DNA from: Chloracidobacterium sp.
Lineage (GTDB): Bacteria; Acidobacteriota; Blastocatellia; Pyrinomonadales; Pyrinomonadaceae
DNA length: 63,618 bases
Assembly (NCBI GenBank): GCA_031365905.1
Contig: JANLYZ010000187.1
Span: 1-63,618, forward strand
Direction of reading: 5' to 3'
Below the pieces are notes generated by a model that saw nothing but the letters and a program-made list of their open reading frames with translations, searched no databases and had not been told where the DNA came from. Shown here piece after piece: positions 35,093 to 44,156 of this stretch; the first letter of the stretch is position 1, and each line of letters begins with the position of its first letter. A program made the position numbers and the translations under genes.

Positions 35093-36619
35093 TTACACGT
35101 CCGAGTCAGCTTCTTGAGCCGGCAGTGTGGCACCTGAACCAACTTCCGACATCGTCTCTAATCTCCGGCGCGAGCGTTTCTTCCCTCGCGAATGCACATC
35201 TTCCACCCTGCCGTTCATTGTTGCCAGCGCCGCCAGCACCAGAAAGAGCAGCGCGTTGGCCGGAGTGTGCAGCGTGAAATCAAAAAAGCTATGAACCAGC
35301 ACCGCAAAACATCCGGCCATCGCGCCGGTCGCGACCCCTCTGCGAAAATCATCGCGCGAGTCTCGCCGCATAAATCCCATGCGAAACAGATTGACTATGA
35401 AGAACAGTCCTAACACAGCGGCAATGATTCCGCCGTCAGACAGCGTCTGCAAGTAATCGTTATGCGCTTGTTCGAGTCGATACATGCCATTGCGCGAATC
35501 GTAGCCGGTGTAGACCACGCCAAACGCGCCCAGGCCGGTTCCTATCCACGGATGAGTCTTGATGATGTCAACTGTGACGGCCCAAAAATGCGCGCGCCCC
35601 GTTGTGGGATCGTCCGTGTTAACCGAGCCGACAACACGTGTCAGGGCATCTTCGCCTCCCAACAAAACCACGCCGCCAAACAACGCAACGATCAACGCCA
35701 GGGCCAGTCCGGCTTTCATGGCCGCGCTCTTGATACGCGGTGGACGTTCTTCCGAAGTTCTCTTCTTGTGACGATGTCGCCGCAAGCCCATCGTCGCCAC
35801 CAGAAAGATCAGCTCTGCAACCAGGCTGATAATTCCGCCGCGAGAGTTTGTCATTATCAGCGCCACCGCCATCAGACCGGCGGCGAAGAGATAGATGAAT
35901 TTCTTTTCTTTCTCGATTGCGCCGGTGAACACAAGCCCGAGCGGCAGCGCCAGGGCCAACTCCATATAACCGGCGAAGTGGTGACGATTAATAAACGGAC
36001 CAAAAGCCTGACTCTGTGGCAATTCGCGCATCCAGTAGATCTTGTCAGGACTGGTGAACGATTGCGTCAGCCCGAAGATTGCCAGAAAGAATCCAAAGAC
36101 TCCGATGGTCCTGACGAGCAGCCGCAGACGCTTGGGTGTGTCGGTGAAAACGAGCACAGCCGCGAAATAAATCATCAAAGCCATCGTCTGAACGAGAATA
36201 AATCTGGTGGAATAAGGATCGAACGAAAGACTGTTGACTAAAGGAATCGAATGCGTGCCAACGTCTTCGGCAGGTCGCAGCGGCAGCAGTTGAAACAGTC
36301 CGAGCAGAAACATGCCGAGGAGGGAGAACTGCAATACATTGCGGCTGATGCGAAACGTTCCGAGGTTCCAGCCATCAATCAGCCACAGAACCAGGATCGT
36401 AACGCTGCCCAGAAAAAAAACAGCCAGCGCCCAATAGTGGACCGTGCCGTAAACCAATGCGGAGAGAATGATCGCCAAACACACGAGCAGAAACGCGAAG
36501 CGGCTCGCCAGCGTGTGCCTGATGCGATAAGTCGTAAAGCCCGCGTTAACGGTTAACGGCGCCGGGGTATCCAGGGCAGCGAGCGCGTCACTTTCTGGGC
36601 TTAAGATCGAAGTCGTCAT
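35093..36619 (-). CDS. O-antigen ligase/polymerase-like (Wzy_C) membrane protein, second copy
   Basis: IMTNSRGGIISLVAELIFL core motif and a polytopic profile. Its ATG start overlaps the upstream gene by 32 nt. Confidence 0.75.
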   Translation of the reverse strand: MTTSILSPESDALAALDTPAPLTVNAGFTTYRIRHTLASRFAFLLVCLAIILSALVYGTVHYWALAVFFLGSVTILVLWLIDGWNLGTFRISRNVLQFSLLGMFLLGLFQLLPLRPAEDVGTHSIPLVNSLSFDPYSTRFILVQTMALMIYFAAVLVFTDTPKRLRLLVRTIGVFGFFLAIFGLTQSFTSPDKIYWMRELPQSQAFGPFINRHHFAGYMELALALPLGLVFTGAIEKEKKFIYLFAAGLMAVALIMTNSRGGIISLVAELIFLVATMGLRRHRHKKRTSEERPPRIKSAAMKAGLALALIVALFGGVVLLGGEDALTRVVGSVNTDDPTTGRAHFWAVTVDIIKTHPWIGTGLGAFGVVYTGYDSRNGMYRLEQAHNDYLQTLSDGGIIAAVLGLFFIVNLFRMGFMRRDSRDDFRRGVATGAMAGCFAVLVHSFFDFTLHTPANALLFLVLAALATMNGRVEDVHSRGKKRSRRRLETMSEVGSGATLPAQEADSDV

Positions 36620-37886
36620 ACCAAACAGTTCCGAAGATCGGACAGACTGGGCTGTCAGCGCACGAATTGCGCACCATCTTCACTTTCACCGCTTCAGTTT
36701 TCTCGCCGGTTTTAAAGGAGAGAGAAATACGTTGCCAGTCGCTATTTCCGGTAGGCGCCGGCGTCGAACCAGCCAGACCTTTGTCGTCGCCGGCATTGAC
36801 AATCAAGACCACCGGAGTTTCCGCGCCCTCCAGTTTTTCCGTCTTCAAGTAACATTCAAAGTCATACTCAGTGTCAGGTTTCACCGGCACTAGCTGGGAA
36901 ACATCGATGGTGTCGATGTGTGAACGAACCTGAAAATACACGCGCAAACTGCGACTACCGCTGTGGCCCTGTCCGGCATCAATGCCAATTTGCGTTTGCG
37001 AGTTGGACTGCACCTGCCAGCCAAAAACCGCACCTGGTCCATGGGCGAGATTGTTTTCGAACCCGCCATCCAGGATGTGGCCCGTCTCAGCGAAGTAAGA
37101 AGGCCCGGGTGCCACTTCATTCCAAATCTCCATCGCCTGATGAAAATGCTGGGCGCTAATCAGGCTCGCGATGATCGCATCGCCAGCAACACGATTTTCC
37201 TTCTTCTCAATTTCCGTCAGAGTATTCCAGAGCTTCAGGCCATCGTCGTAACGTCCACGCTCAACCAGATACTGCGAGAAGGCGGCGCGGGCTCCCGGCG
37301 CGTTGCCGACTGCTGCCCGCAACGCATTGAAGTCATCCTTGTTCAGTTGCCAGGCGAGGCTAAATAGCTGCGACTGAAATTGAGCGTTCTCTTCACTCGC
37401 TCGTTGCAACTCGGCAAATCCTTCTGCGTAACGGTCAGTGCGCAGCAACAGGTTTCCCAGATACCAACGCGGATACGCATAAGCCGGCGCCAGTTTCACC
37501 GCTTCGCGCAACGCCTTTTCGGCTTTGTCAAAATCACCTGCCTGCTCGAGCGCACCGCCGAATTCCATCCACAGCCGGTAATCGTGCGGCGACAAACTAA
37601 CTGCTTTCTCATACTCCGCGACCACTACCGAAATTTGATCTGGAGGAAGTTCTTTCAACGCCAGGTTGCCCAGTCGCCAGTGGGGCAACGGATCGTTGGG
37701 CGCCAAATTTACTGCCATCTGCGCTGTTTCCAGGCGATGTTCTTCGGGGTGGAAATACTCCGCGATTGTGTTGCCGACATACCAGCGAACTACAAACCAG
37801 GAGGCGAACAAAGACAGCGCTACTGTCAGCGTCATGATCGCTTTAACCGGCGCGCTCGCCCTAAACTCCATTAATTGATCAGGCAT
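36588..37886 (-). CDS. Membrane-anchored TPR protein with a C-terminal CBM4/9-like jelly-roll domain
   Basis: N-terminal TM, TPR-like helical repeats, then GGFENNLAHGPGAVFGWQVQ ... GSRSLRV ... PDTEYDFECYLK, which is typical of CBM_4_9-type domains. Confidence 0.55.
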   Translation of the reverse strand: MPDQLMEFRASAPVKAIMTLTVALSLFASWFVVRWYVGNTIAEYFHPEEHRLETAQMAVNLAPNDPLPHWRLGNLALKELPPDQISVVVAEYEKAVSLSPHDYRLWMEFGGALEQAGDFDKAEKALREAVKLAPAYAYPRWYLGNLLLRTDRYAEGFAELQRASEENAQFQSQLFSLAWQLNKDDFNALRAAVGNAPGARAAFSQYLVERGRYDDGLKLWNTLTEIEKKENRVAGDAIIASLISAQHFHQAMEIWNEVAPGPSYFAETGHILDGGFENNLAHGPGAVFGWQVQSNSQTQIGIDAGQGHSGSRSLRVYFQVRSHIDTIDVSQLVPVKPDTEYDFECYLKTEKLEGAETPVVLIVNAGDDKGLAGSTPAPTGNSDWQRISLSFKTGEKTEAVKVKMVRNSCADSPVCPIFGTVWYDDFDLKPRK

Positions 37887-37922
37887 AGAAACCGAAACAT
37901 CGTCGCCAGGCGAAGCAGAACG

Positions 37923-39749
37923 TCAGCTCAAATCTTCAATGGTTATTCGCATGCGCTTCACCAGAATATTCTGCTCCCGGCAAAAATCCAAAATCTCGTG
38001 CAGGCGCTCTTCTCGCATTCGGGTGCTGGAAATCAAAACCTCTTCGATATCGTGTTGCTTGCAAACCAACATTAGATCGCCATTGCCCGCGTAAACCCTT
38101 AGGCCATGAATTAACTTCCCGTTCTTCGCCGGATCGTCATCAAGAAAGCCTACCGGCGAATACTTTAGTCCCGGATTATTCTGTAGCTCGCGCAGCAATA
38201 ACTCGCCACCATCACCGGCCCCATAAATCAAAACTCGGCGCCCTTCGGCACTTCTCGTCACCGGGATTACCTGCCGGAATAAACGAAACGCCAGCCGACT
38301 GCCGGCGAGAAACATAAACATTAGCAGGGCGTCGATCAGAAAGACGGTCCGTGAAAATCCTTCGAAGCGAAACGCAAACAGCACCACGATCACGCTCAGC
38401 ACTGAACTCAGCACGACAGCTTTTGCAAACACGATCAAATCATCGAGACCGGTATAGCGCCACAGTCCACGGTAAACGCCCATTACCAAAAACGACGCCA
38501 TCTTTACGAAAACCAGCACCGGCAACGTCCGCAGGAAAAGTTTCCACGCAGTGCTGCCGGAGAGCGCGCCAAACTTCACCGCGTAAGCTCCCCAATACGC
38601 CAGCAGGATCAGAATTACATCCAGCAGGACTTCGAAGATGCGTCGCTTGTAAGAGAGATCGATTAGAAAAGCGTAAAGCGAATTATTGTTTGCGGCTAAA
38701 GCTTCCTCAGTCTCGTCGTAGACCTTGACGCCTGCCAGGTAAACGCCCAGCAGTGTCAGCAAAATGGTAAAGCCGGCGATCGCTGCGAGGCTGACGTCGA
38801 GTTTTACGCTTTGAACCAGCAGCGCGAGGAAGCCTGAAAGCGCTGCCAACCCATAAAGCATCCAGACCGCGTGACGCTCCGAAGTGCCGAGCGCAACCAG
38901 CCGGTGCGACGTGTGATCGCGCCCGCCCTGCGACGCCGAGCGTCCGGAAAGTTTTCTTAAGATGGTGACGAACGTGGTGTCGAAGATTGGTATGAAGAGA
39001 ACCAGAATCGGAACCGCGAGCACGGGCACTAGACTTCGCGAGCGGCCTCCAGACACGTTTACTAACGCTGCACTCGCGAGAAAGAACCCGATGAACATCG
39101 AGCCGCAATCGCCCATGAAGATCGATGCGGGATTGGAGTTGTAAACCAGGAAGCCAAGCAGCGCGCCGGCGAAAGTGACGAGTAGCAACGCTTCCATTAC
39201 GTGCCCCGTCGAGAGGAAGCTAAGCGCGAGAAAGCCGGAAGCTATGATTGCGATACCGGAAGCGAGGCCGTCCATGTTGTCGAGCAGGTTCACGGCATTC
39301 GTGATCCCAATCAACCAAAAGATTGTCAGCGCTACGTTCACCGCCGAGTAGCCGGTCCATGGCAGCGTTAGACCGTAATAGATAACGAAGGCCGAACCCA
39401 TCACCTGACCAATCAGTTTTTGATAAGGCTTGGTGTTTAGGAAATCGTCGGCGAGACCAACCAAAAACAGAAAGGTGCTGGCGCCAACGACAACGTCCAA
39501 AAATGATCCGGGAAAGTGGGCCCACTGCTGGCCGGTCGCCGGGCGAATAAAAACGAGATAACTAACAACCACCGACAACCAGATAGCTACGCCGCCATAC
39601 ATTGCCGTCGGCTTTTTGTGCCAGCGGTCAGTCTTCGGTTTGGCCACCAGTCCGTAGCGTCGCGCCACGATTTGCACGAGGGGCGTCAGGCCAAGCGCCA
39701 GTACTGCTGATGCGGCTACAGCCAGAAAATGTAACGAACTAAAAGGCAT
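37923..39749 (-). CDS. WecA/MraY-family polyprenyl-phosphate HexNAc-1-P transferase fused to a WbpM/CapD-type N-terminal (TM plus Rossmann-like) module
   Basis: NAVNLLDNMDGLASG and FMGDCGSMFIGFFLA in the first roughly 330 aa. Four further TM segments follow, then RRVLIYGAGDGGELLLRELQNNPGLKYSPVGFLDDDPAKNGKLIHGLRV. No dehydratase catalytic domain follows. Confidence 0.8.
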   Translation of the reverse strand: MPFSSLHFLAVAASAVLALGLTPLVQIVARRYGLVAKPKTDRWHKKPTAMYGGVAIWLSVVVSYLVFIRPATGQQWAHFPGSFLDVVVGASTFLFLVGLADDFLNTKPYQKLIGQVMGSAFVIYYGLTLPWTGYSAVNVALTIFWLIGITNAVNLLDNMDGLASGIAIIASGFLALSFLSTGHVMEALLLVTFAGALLGFLVYNSNPASIFMGDCGSMFIGFFLASAALVNVSGGRSRSLVPVLAVPILVLFIPIFDTTFVTILRKLSGRSASQGGRDHTSHRLVALGTSERHAVWMLYGLAALSGFLALLVQSVKLDVSLAAIAGFTILLTLLGVYLAGVKVYDETEEALAANNNSLYAFLIDLSYKRRIFEVLLDVILILLAYWGAYAVKFGALSGSTAWKLFLRTLPVLVFVKMASFLVMGVYRGLWRYTGLDDLIVFAKAVVLSSVLSVIVVLFAFRFEGFSRTVFLIDALLMFMFLAGSRLAFRLFRQVIPVTRSAEGRRVLIYGAGDGGELLLRELQNNPGLKYSPVGFLDDDPAKNGKLIHGLRVYAGNGDLMLVCKQHDIEEVLISSTRMREERLHEILDFCREQNILVKRMRITIEDLS

Positions 39750-39963
39750 ACGACTAGCGAGACTGGGAGAAAACTTTTGGACTGGTTAGTGTAAGAGGAA
39801 ACCTAATCAATAGCGAAGGGCAAAGCAAGCGGTCAGAACCGGGAGCGGTAAAGACCGAGTTTTTAAACGTGCGAGCCCCACTAGTTGAATCCCGGATACG
39901 CAAATGAGAACGTATGGGTAATGCAGCTTCCTCTGGCCTACCGAACAGGCTTATTATCCTTCC

Positions 39964-40170
39964 GTGAAAGTAAGGGACGTCATCAGACTTCTTGAAGAAA
40001 ACGGTTGGTATCTTGCGAGGAGTAGAGGCAGTCATCGTCAATTCAAGCATTCCGAAAAGTCTGGAACCGTTACAGTCGCTGGCAAGGCAAGTATTGATGT
40101 TCCTACAGGAACTCTCAACAGTATCTTGAAGCAAGCCGGCCTAAAGCAGGAGAAGGGATCAGAGAAATGA
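39964..40170 (+). CDS. hicA: HicA family mRNA-interferase toxin
   Basis: KVRDVIRLLEENGWYLARSRGSHRQFKH is the canonical HicA (YcfA) signature. GTG start, ATGA overlap with hicB. Confidence 0.9.
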   Translation: MKVRDVIRLLEENGWYLARSRGSHRQFKHSEKSGTVTVAGKASIDVPTGTLNSILKQAGLKQEKGSEK

Positions 40171-40382
40171 AATACGCGGTGATTGTCGAAGAAGGTGAAA
40201 CCAGCTTTGGTGCACACGTCCCGGATTTGCCAGGCTGTGTTGCTGTGGCAGACACCAAAGAAGAGTTACTTGAATTGATCCAGGAGGCGATCGAGTTTCA
40301 TATCGAAGGCTTGCGTGAAGATGGCCAGCCCGTTCCTGAACCTGCTTCCAGCATTGAATATGTCGAAGTCCGCGCTGCGTAA
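40167..40382 (+). CDS. hicB: HicB family antitoxin (short form, no obvious DNA-binding extension)
   Basis: MKYAVIVEEGETSFGAHVPDLPGCVAVADTKEELLELIQEAIEFHIEGL is the typical HicB/UPF0150 fold signature. 71 aa. Confidence 0.85.
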   Translation: MKYAVIVEEGETSFGAHVPDLPGCVAVADTKEELLELIQEAIEFHIEGLREDGQPVPEPASSIEYVEVRAA

Positions 40383-40441
40383 AGAGGCTTGCAGAGCGTA
40401 CGTAGGTGTTCGGCCGGTCGCTACCGCTCCCGGTTCTGCAA

Positions 40442-41422
40442 CTACTCGTCAAACGACGCCGGCCGGCCACGGTGAAAACTGATCACCGTCTCAAGTATGC
40501 CATCGAGCGTCATCTCGGGTTTGAAGCCGACGAGCTGATTGATCTTGGAAGTGTCAGGCACGCGGCGCGGCATATCTTCGAAGCCTTCTTCGTAAGCCTC
40601 ATCGTAAGGTACAAAAACAATCTCCGATTGCGAGTGAGTTAACTCTTTAACTTTTTCCGCGAGCTTGACGATTGAGATCTCTTCAGTCGAGCCAATGTTG
40701 AAAACTTGTCCGACGGAATCGGGCGTGTCCATCAACTTGATTAAGGCGCCCACCACATCTCCCACATATCCAAAACAACGCGTCTGTTTGCCGTTGCCAT
40801 AAACCGTGATCGGACGACCAGCGAGCGCTTGCTTCACAAAGGTTGGAATGACCATGCCGTAGCGGCCGGTTTGTCGCGGGCCGACTGTATTGAAGAGCCG
40901 AACGATCGTCGTCGGCAGTTTTTTCTCGCGCCAGTAAGCCAGCGCCAGAAATTCGTCAATCGCTTTCGAGCAGGCGTAGCTCCAACGACCTTTAGTCGTC
41001 GCACCCATCACCAGGTTGCCGTCTTCCTTGAACGGCACGTCGGTGCTGAGTCCATAAACTTCCGAGGTTGACGCGATCAAAACGCGCTTCTGTTTCTTGT
41101 TTGCCAGCGCCAGCACCACTTCCGTGCCGCGCACATTTGTCTCGATTGTGCGCACCGGGCTCTCGACAATCAGTTTCACGCCAACCGCCGCGGCGAGGTG
41201 AACCACGATGTCGCTATGGTCAACCAGTTCCGCCGTCACCGGCTGGTTGTGCACCGAATCGATCGTGTAGTGAAACTTCGGATTGCTTTTCAGGTGTTGA
41301 ATATTATCGATGGTGCCGGTGGATAGATCGTCTATCACTGACACTTCGTCGCCGCGTTGCAAATATGCATCGGCAAGATGTGATCCTATGAAACCGGCTC
41401 CGCCGGTGATGAGTACACGCAA
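40442..41422 (-). CDS. NAD-dependent nucleotide-sugar epimerase/dehydratase (extended SDR, UXS/ArnA-C-terminal-like)
   Basis: MRVLITGGAGFIGSHL, YACSKAIDEF (YxxxK), GNGKQTRCFGYVGDVV. Confidence 0.8.
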   Translation of the reverse strand: MRVLITGGAGFIGSHLADAYLQRGDEVSVIDDLSTGTIDNIQHLKSNPKFHYTIDSVHNQPVTAELVDHSDIVVHLAAAVGVKLIVESPVRTIETNVRGTEVVLALANKKQKRVLIASTSEVYGLSTDVPFKEDGNLVMGATTKGRWSYACSKAIDEFLALAYWREKKLPTTIVRLFNTVGPRQTGRYGMVIPTFVKQALAGRPITVYGNGKQTRCFGYVGDVVGALIKLMDTPDSVGQVFNIGSTEEISIVKLAEKVKELTHSQSEIVFVPYDEAYEEGFEDMPRRVPDTSKINQLVGFKPEMTLDGILETVISFHRGRPASFDE

Positions 41423-41424
41423 TG

Positions 41425-42789
41425 TCAGTCTCCTCGTGAATTCTTCGTGTTAACGCGTTCGCGGCGTTCTAGTCGAATCTTGACCCCATTCCGCGGCCGC
41501 AACAAAACAACCGGCTGCGGCTCAATCACCTGCCCGGGTACTAACTCGAGCCTGAACCTTCGCAACATCGTCGCGATGACAAGCATCGCTTCCATTATGG
41601 CGAAGTCTTGTCCTATGCAAACTCTGGGGCCGCCGCCAAATGGGAAATAAGCATACTTCGGCAACTGCCTCATAAACTCCGGAGTCCATCTTTCCGGTAG
41701 GAATTCTTCCGGGCTATCAAAGTATCGCGAATCGCGATGCACCACCCATTGCGACATCAAGAGCTGCGTACCGGCCGGCACCTGATAGTCGCCAATCTCA
41801 CAATCATTCAAAGCCTCTCGCCCAACGCTTCGGTTCGGCGGGTAAAGTCGCATCGCTTCCTTGATGACCATGCGAGTGTAAGGCAAGGCGGGCAAGTCTG
41901 CGACTCCGGGAGAGGTTCGCCCATCCAAACTGCTGTTCAACTCCGCGAACAAGGCTTCCTGCTTGTTCGGGTAGCGAGCCAACAGATAGCACGTCCAGGC
42001 TAACACGAGAGCGGTCGCTTCATGACTGGCAAAAAATAAAGTCGCAAGCTCGTCTCGCAGTTGTTTCCGGCTCATGCGAGTTCCATCTTCGTCTTCGGCG
42101 GCCAACAACATGCTTACCAGATCATCAGGTTCTTTGTCGTCTTCATGTCGGGAAATGAGGTCGTAAATAATCTTGTCCAACTGCTTGATTGCTTTGCGAA
42201 AACGGAGGTTGTTGGGGGTGGGAAGAATGTTATCCAGAACCCACCGCAGTCCTCCCTGAGACGCAAACACTTGTGTAACTGTATTCGATATCTCACGCAC
42301 GATGGCGCAATCGCGACTCGTGTCAGCATTGAAAAGGCATTTGGCGGCAATCTCCAACGCGAGCGCTCTCATTTCGTCGTAAATATCGCGAGTCTCTCCT
42401 CCCTGCCAATTAGCCAGCATCTTTTCTGTTCCAGCGATCATGACTTCGGCATATTTCGCCAAGCGCTCTCGATGAAACGCCGGTTGCGTAAGACGGCGCT
42501 GGCGCAACCAAACCTCGCCGTTACTCGATAACAATCCATTACCAAAAATGCGCCGCTGCAAAGGCAGGCGCAAAGACTTTGGCTTTATGAAATTCTTGCT
42601 GCCAAATACCGCTTCAATTTGTTCAGGATTGTTGAGGAGGTAGACCGGGACGTGAAAAAACCTCAAGCTGACAACGTCACCAAACTTGCGGGCAGATTCG
42701 GTGAGGAAACCCAACTGATCTTTGTAGAACGCGCGCGAGTTGCCTGCTAAGAGGTGACCTCTCGGGCCCGGTGGGCGAAGGCTTCTCAT
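41425..42789 (-). CDS. Cytochrome P450
   Basis: Heme-ligand loop FPFGGGPRVCIGQDFA, ExxR in KEAMRLYPP, I-helix-like FFASHEATA. 454 aa. Confidence 0.9.
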   Translation of the reverse strand: MRSLRPPGPRGHLLAGNSRAFYKDQLGFLTESARKFGDVVSLRFFHVPVYLLNNPEQIEAVFGSKNFIKPKSLRLPLQRRIFGNGLLSSNGEVWLRQRRLTQPAFHRERLAKYAEVMIAGTEKMLANWQGGETRDIYDEMRALALEIAAKCLFNADTSRDCAIVREISNTVTQVFASQGGLRWVLDNILPTPNNLRFRKAIKQLDKIIYDLISRHEDDKEPDDLVSMLLAAEDEDGTRMSRKQLRDELATLFFASHEATALVLAWTCYLLARYPNKQEALFAELNSSLDGRTSPGVADLPALPYTRMVIKEAMRLYPPNRSVGREALNDCEIGDYQVPAGTQLLMSQWVVHRDSRYFDSPEEFLPERWTPEFMRQLPKYAYFPFGGGPRVCIGQDFAIMEAMLVIATMLRRFRLELVPGQVIEPQPVVLLRPRNGVKIRLERRERVNTKNSRGD

Positions 42790-42814
42790 GTCAGATTACA
42801 AACCTTCTGAGTTG

Positions 42815-44131
42815 TTAAGCGGCAGGTAGCCTCTCTTCGGGCTTGCTGAAATTGCCGCGCGCCGCTCCTAACAGCTCGTCATAAAGAGCGATTACGTCCG
42901 TTACCAACCGCTCCTTTGAATGGCTCTTTTCCACAAACGCGCGTCCGCGCTCACCCATTTCCCGCCGGAGCGTTTCTCTTGCAAGAAGAAACTTGAGGCC
43001 CTGTGAGAATGCCTCCACGTCGTGTGTTTTCACGCCGATCCCGTGTTCACAAATAACATACGCCTCCGTAGCTTTTGCGTCGCAGCTCCCAAGTAGATCT
43101 ACTACCCCACCCACCGCGGTCGCGATTACGGGACGCGCATTAGCCATTGCTTCAATCAGCGTTAAGGGTGTGCCTTCGTTAAGCGAAGTTAGCGCTACGA
43201 CGTCCAGCGCTGAATAAAAATTCTCCGGGTCGTTACGCAACCCAGTAAAGATCACGTCGTCTTGAAGTCCGAGAGAGCGAGCCTGATCTTCCAGCGCGTC
43301 TCTGAGTTGTCCGTCGCCAATGATGATGAAGCGTATTCTCTGCACTTCGCCACTTTCCGTTTCAACTAATCCAAACAACTCCTTATAACGCGCCGCTGCC
43401 GCAAGGAAAAATGCATGATTCTTGATCTCGGTCAAGCGTCCGACGATGCCGACCGCCAGATCAGTGTTTGCGAGGCCTAACTCTTTTCGTGCCGCCTGTC
43501 GCCACTTTTCCCATTGAGAATAAATCTCGAGATCCAGTCCTAACGGGATGACTGCAAATTGCCCTTCCTGAATTACAGCAAACTGTCGTCTTCGGCCGAC
43601 ACGAAACTCGTGATGGATCTCGTGATATTGCTGTTGGCTGATGACCACCACGCGATCGGTCATGCGCGCCAAAATCCTCTCGATAGTGAGGAAGAATTTC
43701 GTTTTGAGGGGGCCATAGTAGCTGTGAAAGATGTGGCCGTGATACGTATGCACAAAAAAACAGCGGCGCGGGCGGCCGACGAGCGTCGACGGCGTGAGCC
43801 AACGATAGAACCAACCCGCAACCCTGCCAACCGTTCCTGCCTTCGCGGTATGTGTATGTACGATGTCGGGGCGCTCGCGCAGGAAGAGCCGAAAAAGTTT
43901 CCCGACGGTGACGATATCCTTCGCAGAAATCTCACGACTCATCTCTGGAATGATGACTGGTGTGACTCCCTGCTCCAGCGCGAAGTAGGTCATGTCATCT
44001 TCACCAGGCGGCACTACGCCGGCAACCAGGAGCGATTCAATTCCCGCTCGCTGCGTCGCCGCTGTCAGCCACGCAACATGACGGGCTGGGCCACCCATGT
44101 TGAGGCGCGCAATCACGCGAACTACTTTCAT
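42815..44131 (-). CDS. Glycosyltransferase family 4
   Basis: LTSLNEGTPLTLIEAMANARPVIATAVGGVVDLL. Confidence 0.85.
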   Translation of the reverse strand: MKVVRVIARLNMGGPARHVAWLTAATQRAGIESLLVAGVVPPGEDDMTYFALEQGVTPVIIPEMSREISAKDIVTVGKLFRLFLRERPDIVHTHTAKAGTVGRVAGWFYRWLTPSTLVGRPRRCFFVHTYHGHIFHSYYGPLKTKFFLTIERILARMTDRVVVISQQQYHEIHHEFRVGRRRQFAVIQEGQFAVIPLGLDLEIYSQWEKWRQAARKELGLANTDLAVGIVGRLTEIKNHAFFLAAAARYKELFGLVETESGEVQRIRFIIIGDGQLRDALEDQARSLGLQDDVIFTGLRNDPENFYSALDVVALTSLNEGTPLTLIEAMANARPVIATAVGGVVDLLGSCDAKATEAYVICEHGIGVKTHDVEAFSQGLKFLLARETLRREMGERGRAFVEKSHSKERLVTDVIALYDELLGAARGNFSKPEERLPAA

Positions 44132-44156
44132 CTCTTCAACGAGCGCGCGAAGATTT

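Larger units (their letters stand above)
39834..40438. repeat. Perfect 17-bp inverted repeat pair bracketing hicAB
   Basis: 39834..39850 cagaaccgggagcggta is the exact reverse complement of 40422..40438 taccgctcccggttctg. After a 2-nt mismatch, 5 more bp pair on the inner side. The left copy is preceded by gt, giving gtcagaacc, the same terminus as the 4446/5447/7156 palindromes. Confidence 0.9.

Noticed and set aside
39754-40470. Minus-strand ORFs 39754..40134 (126 aa) and 40159..40470 (103 aa).
   Set aside because: They are antisense to the clearly recognisable hicA and hicB genes and have no motifs. They run across the inverted-repeat boundaries.
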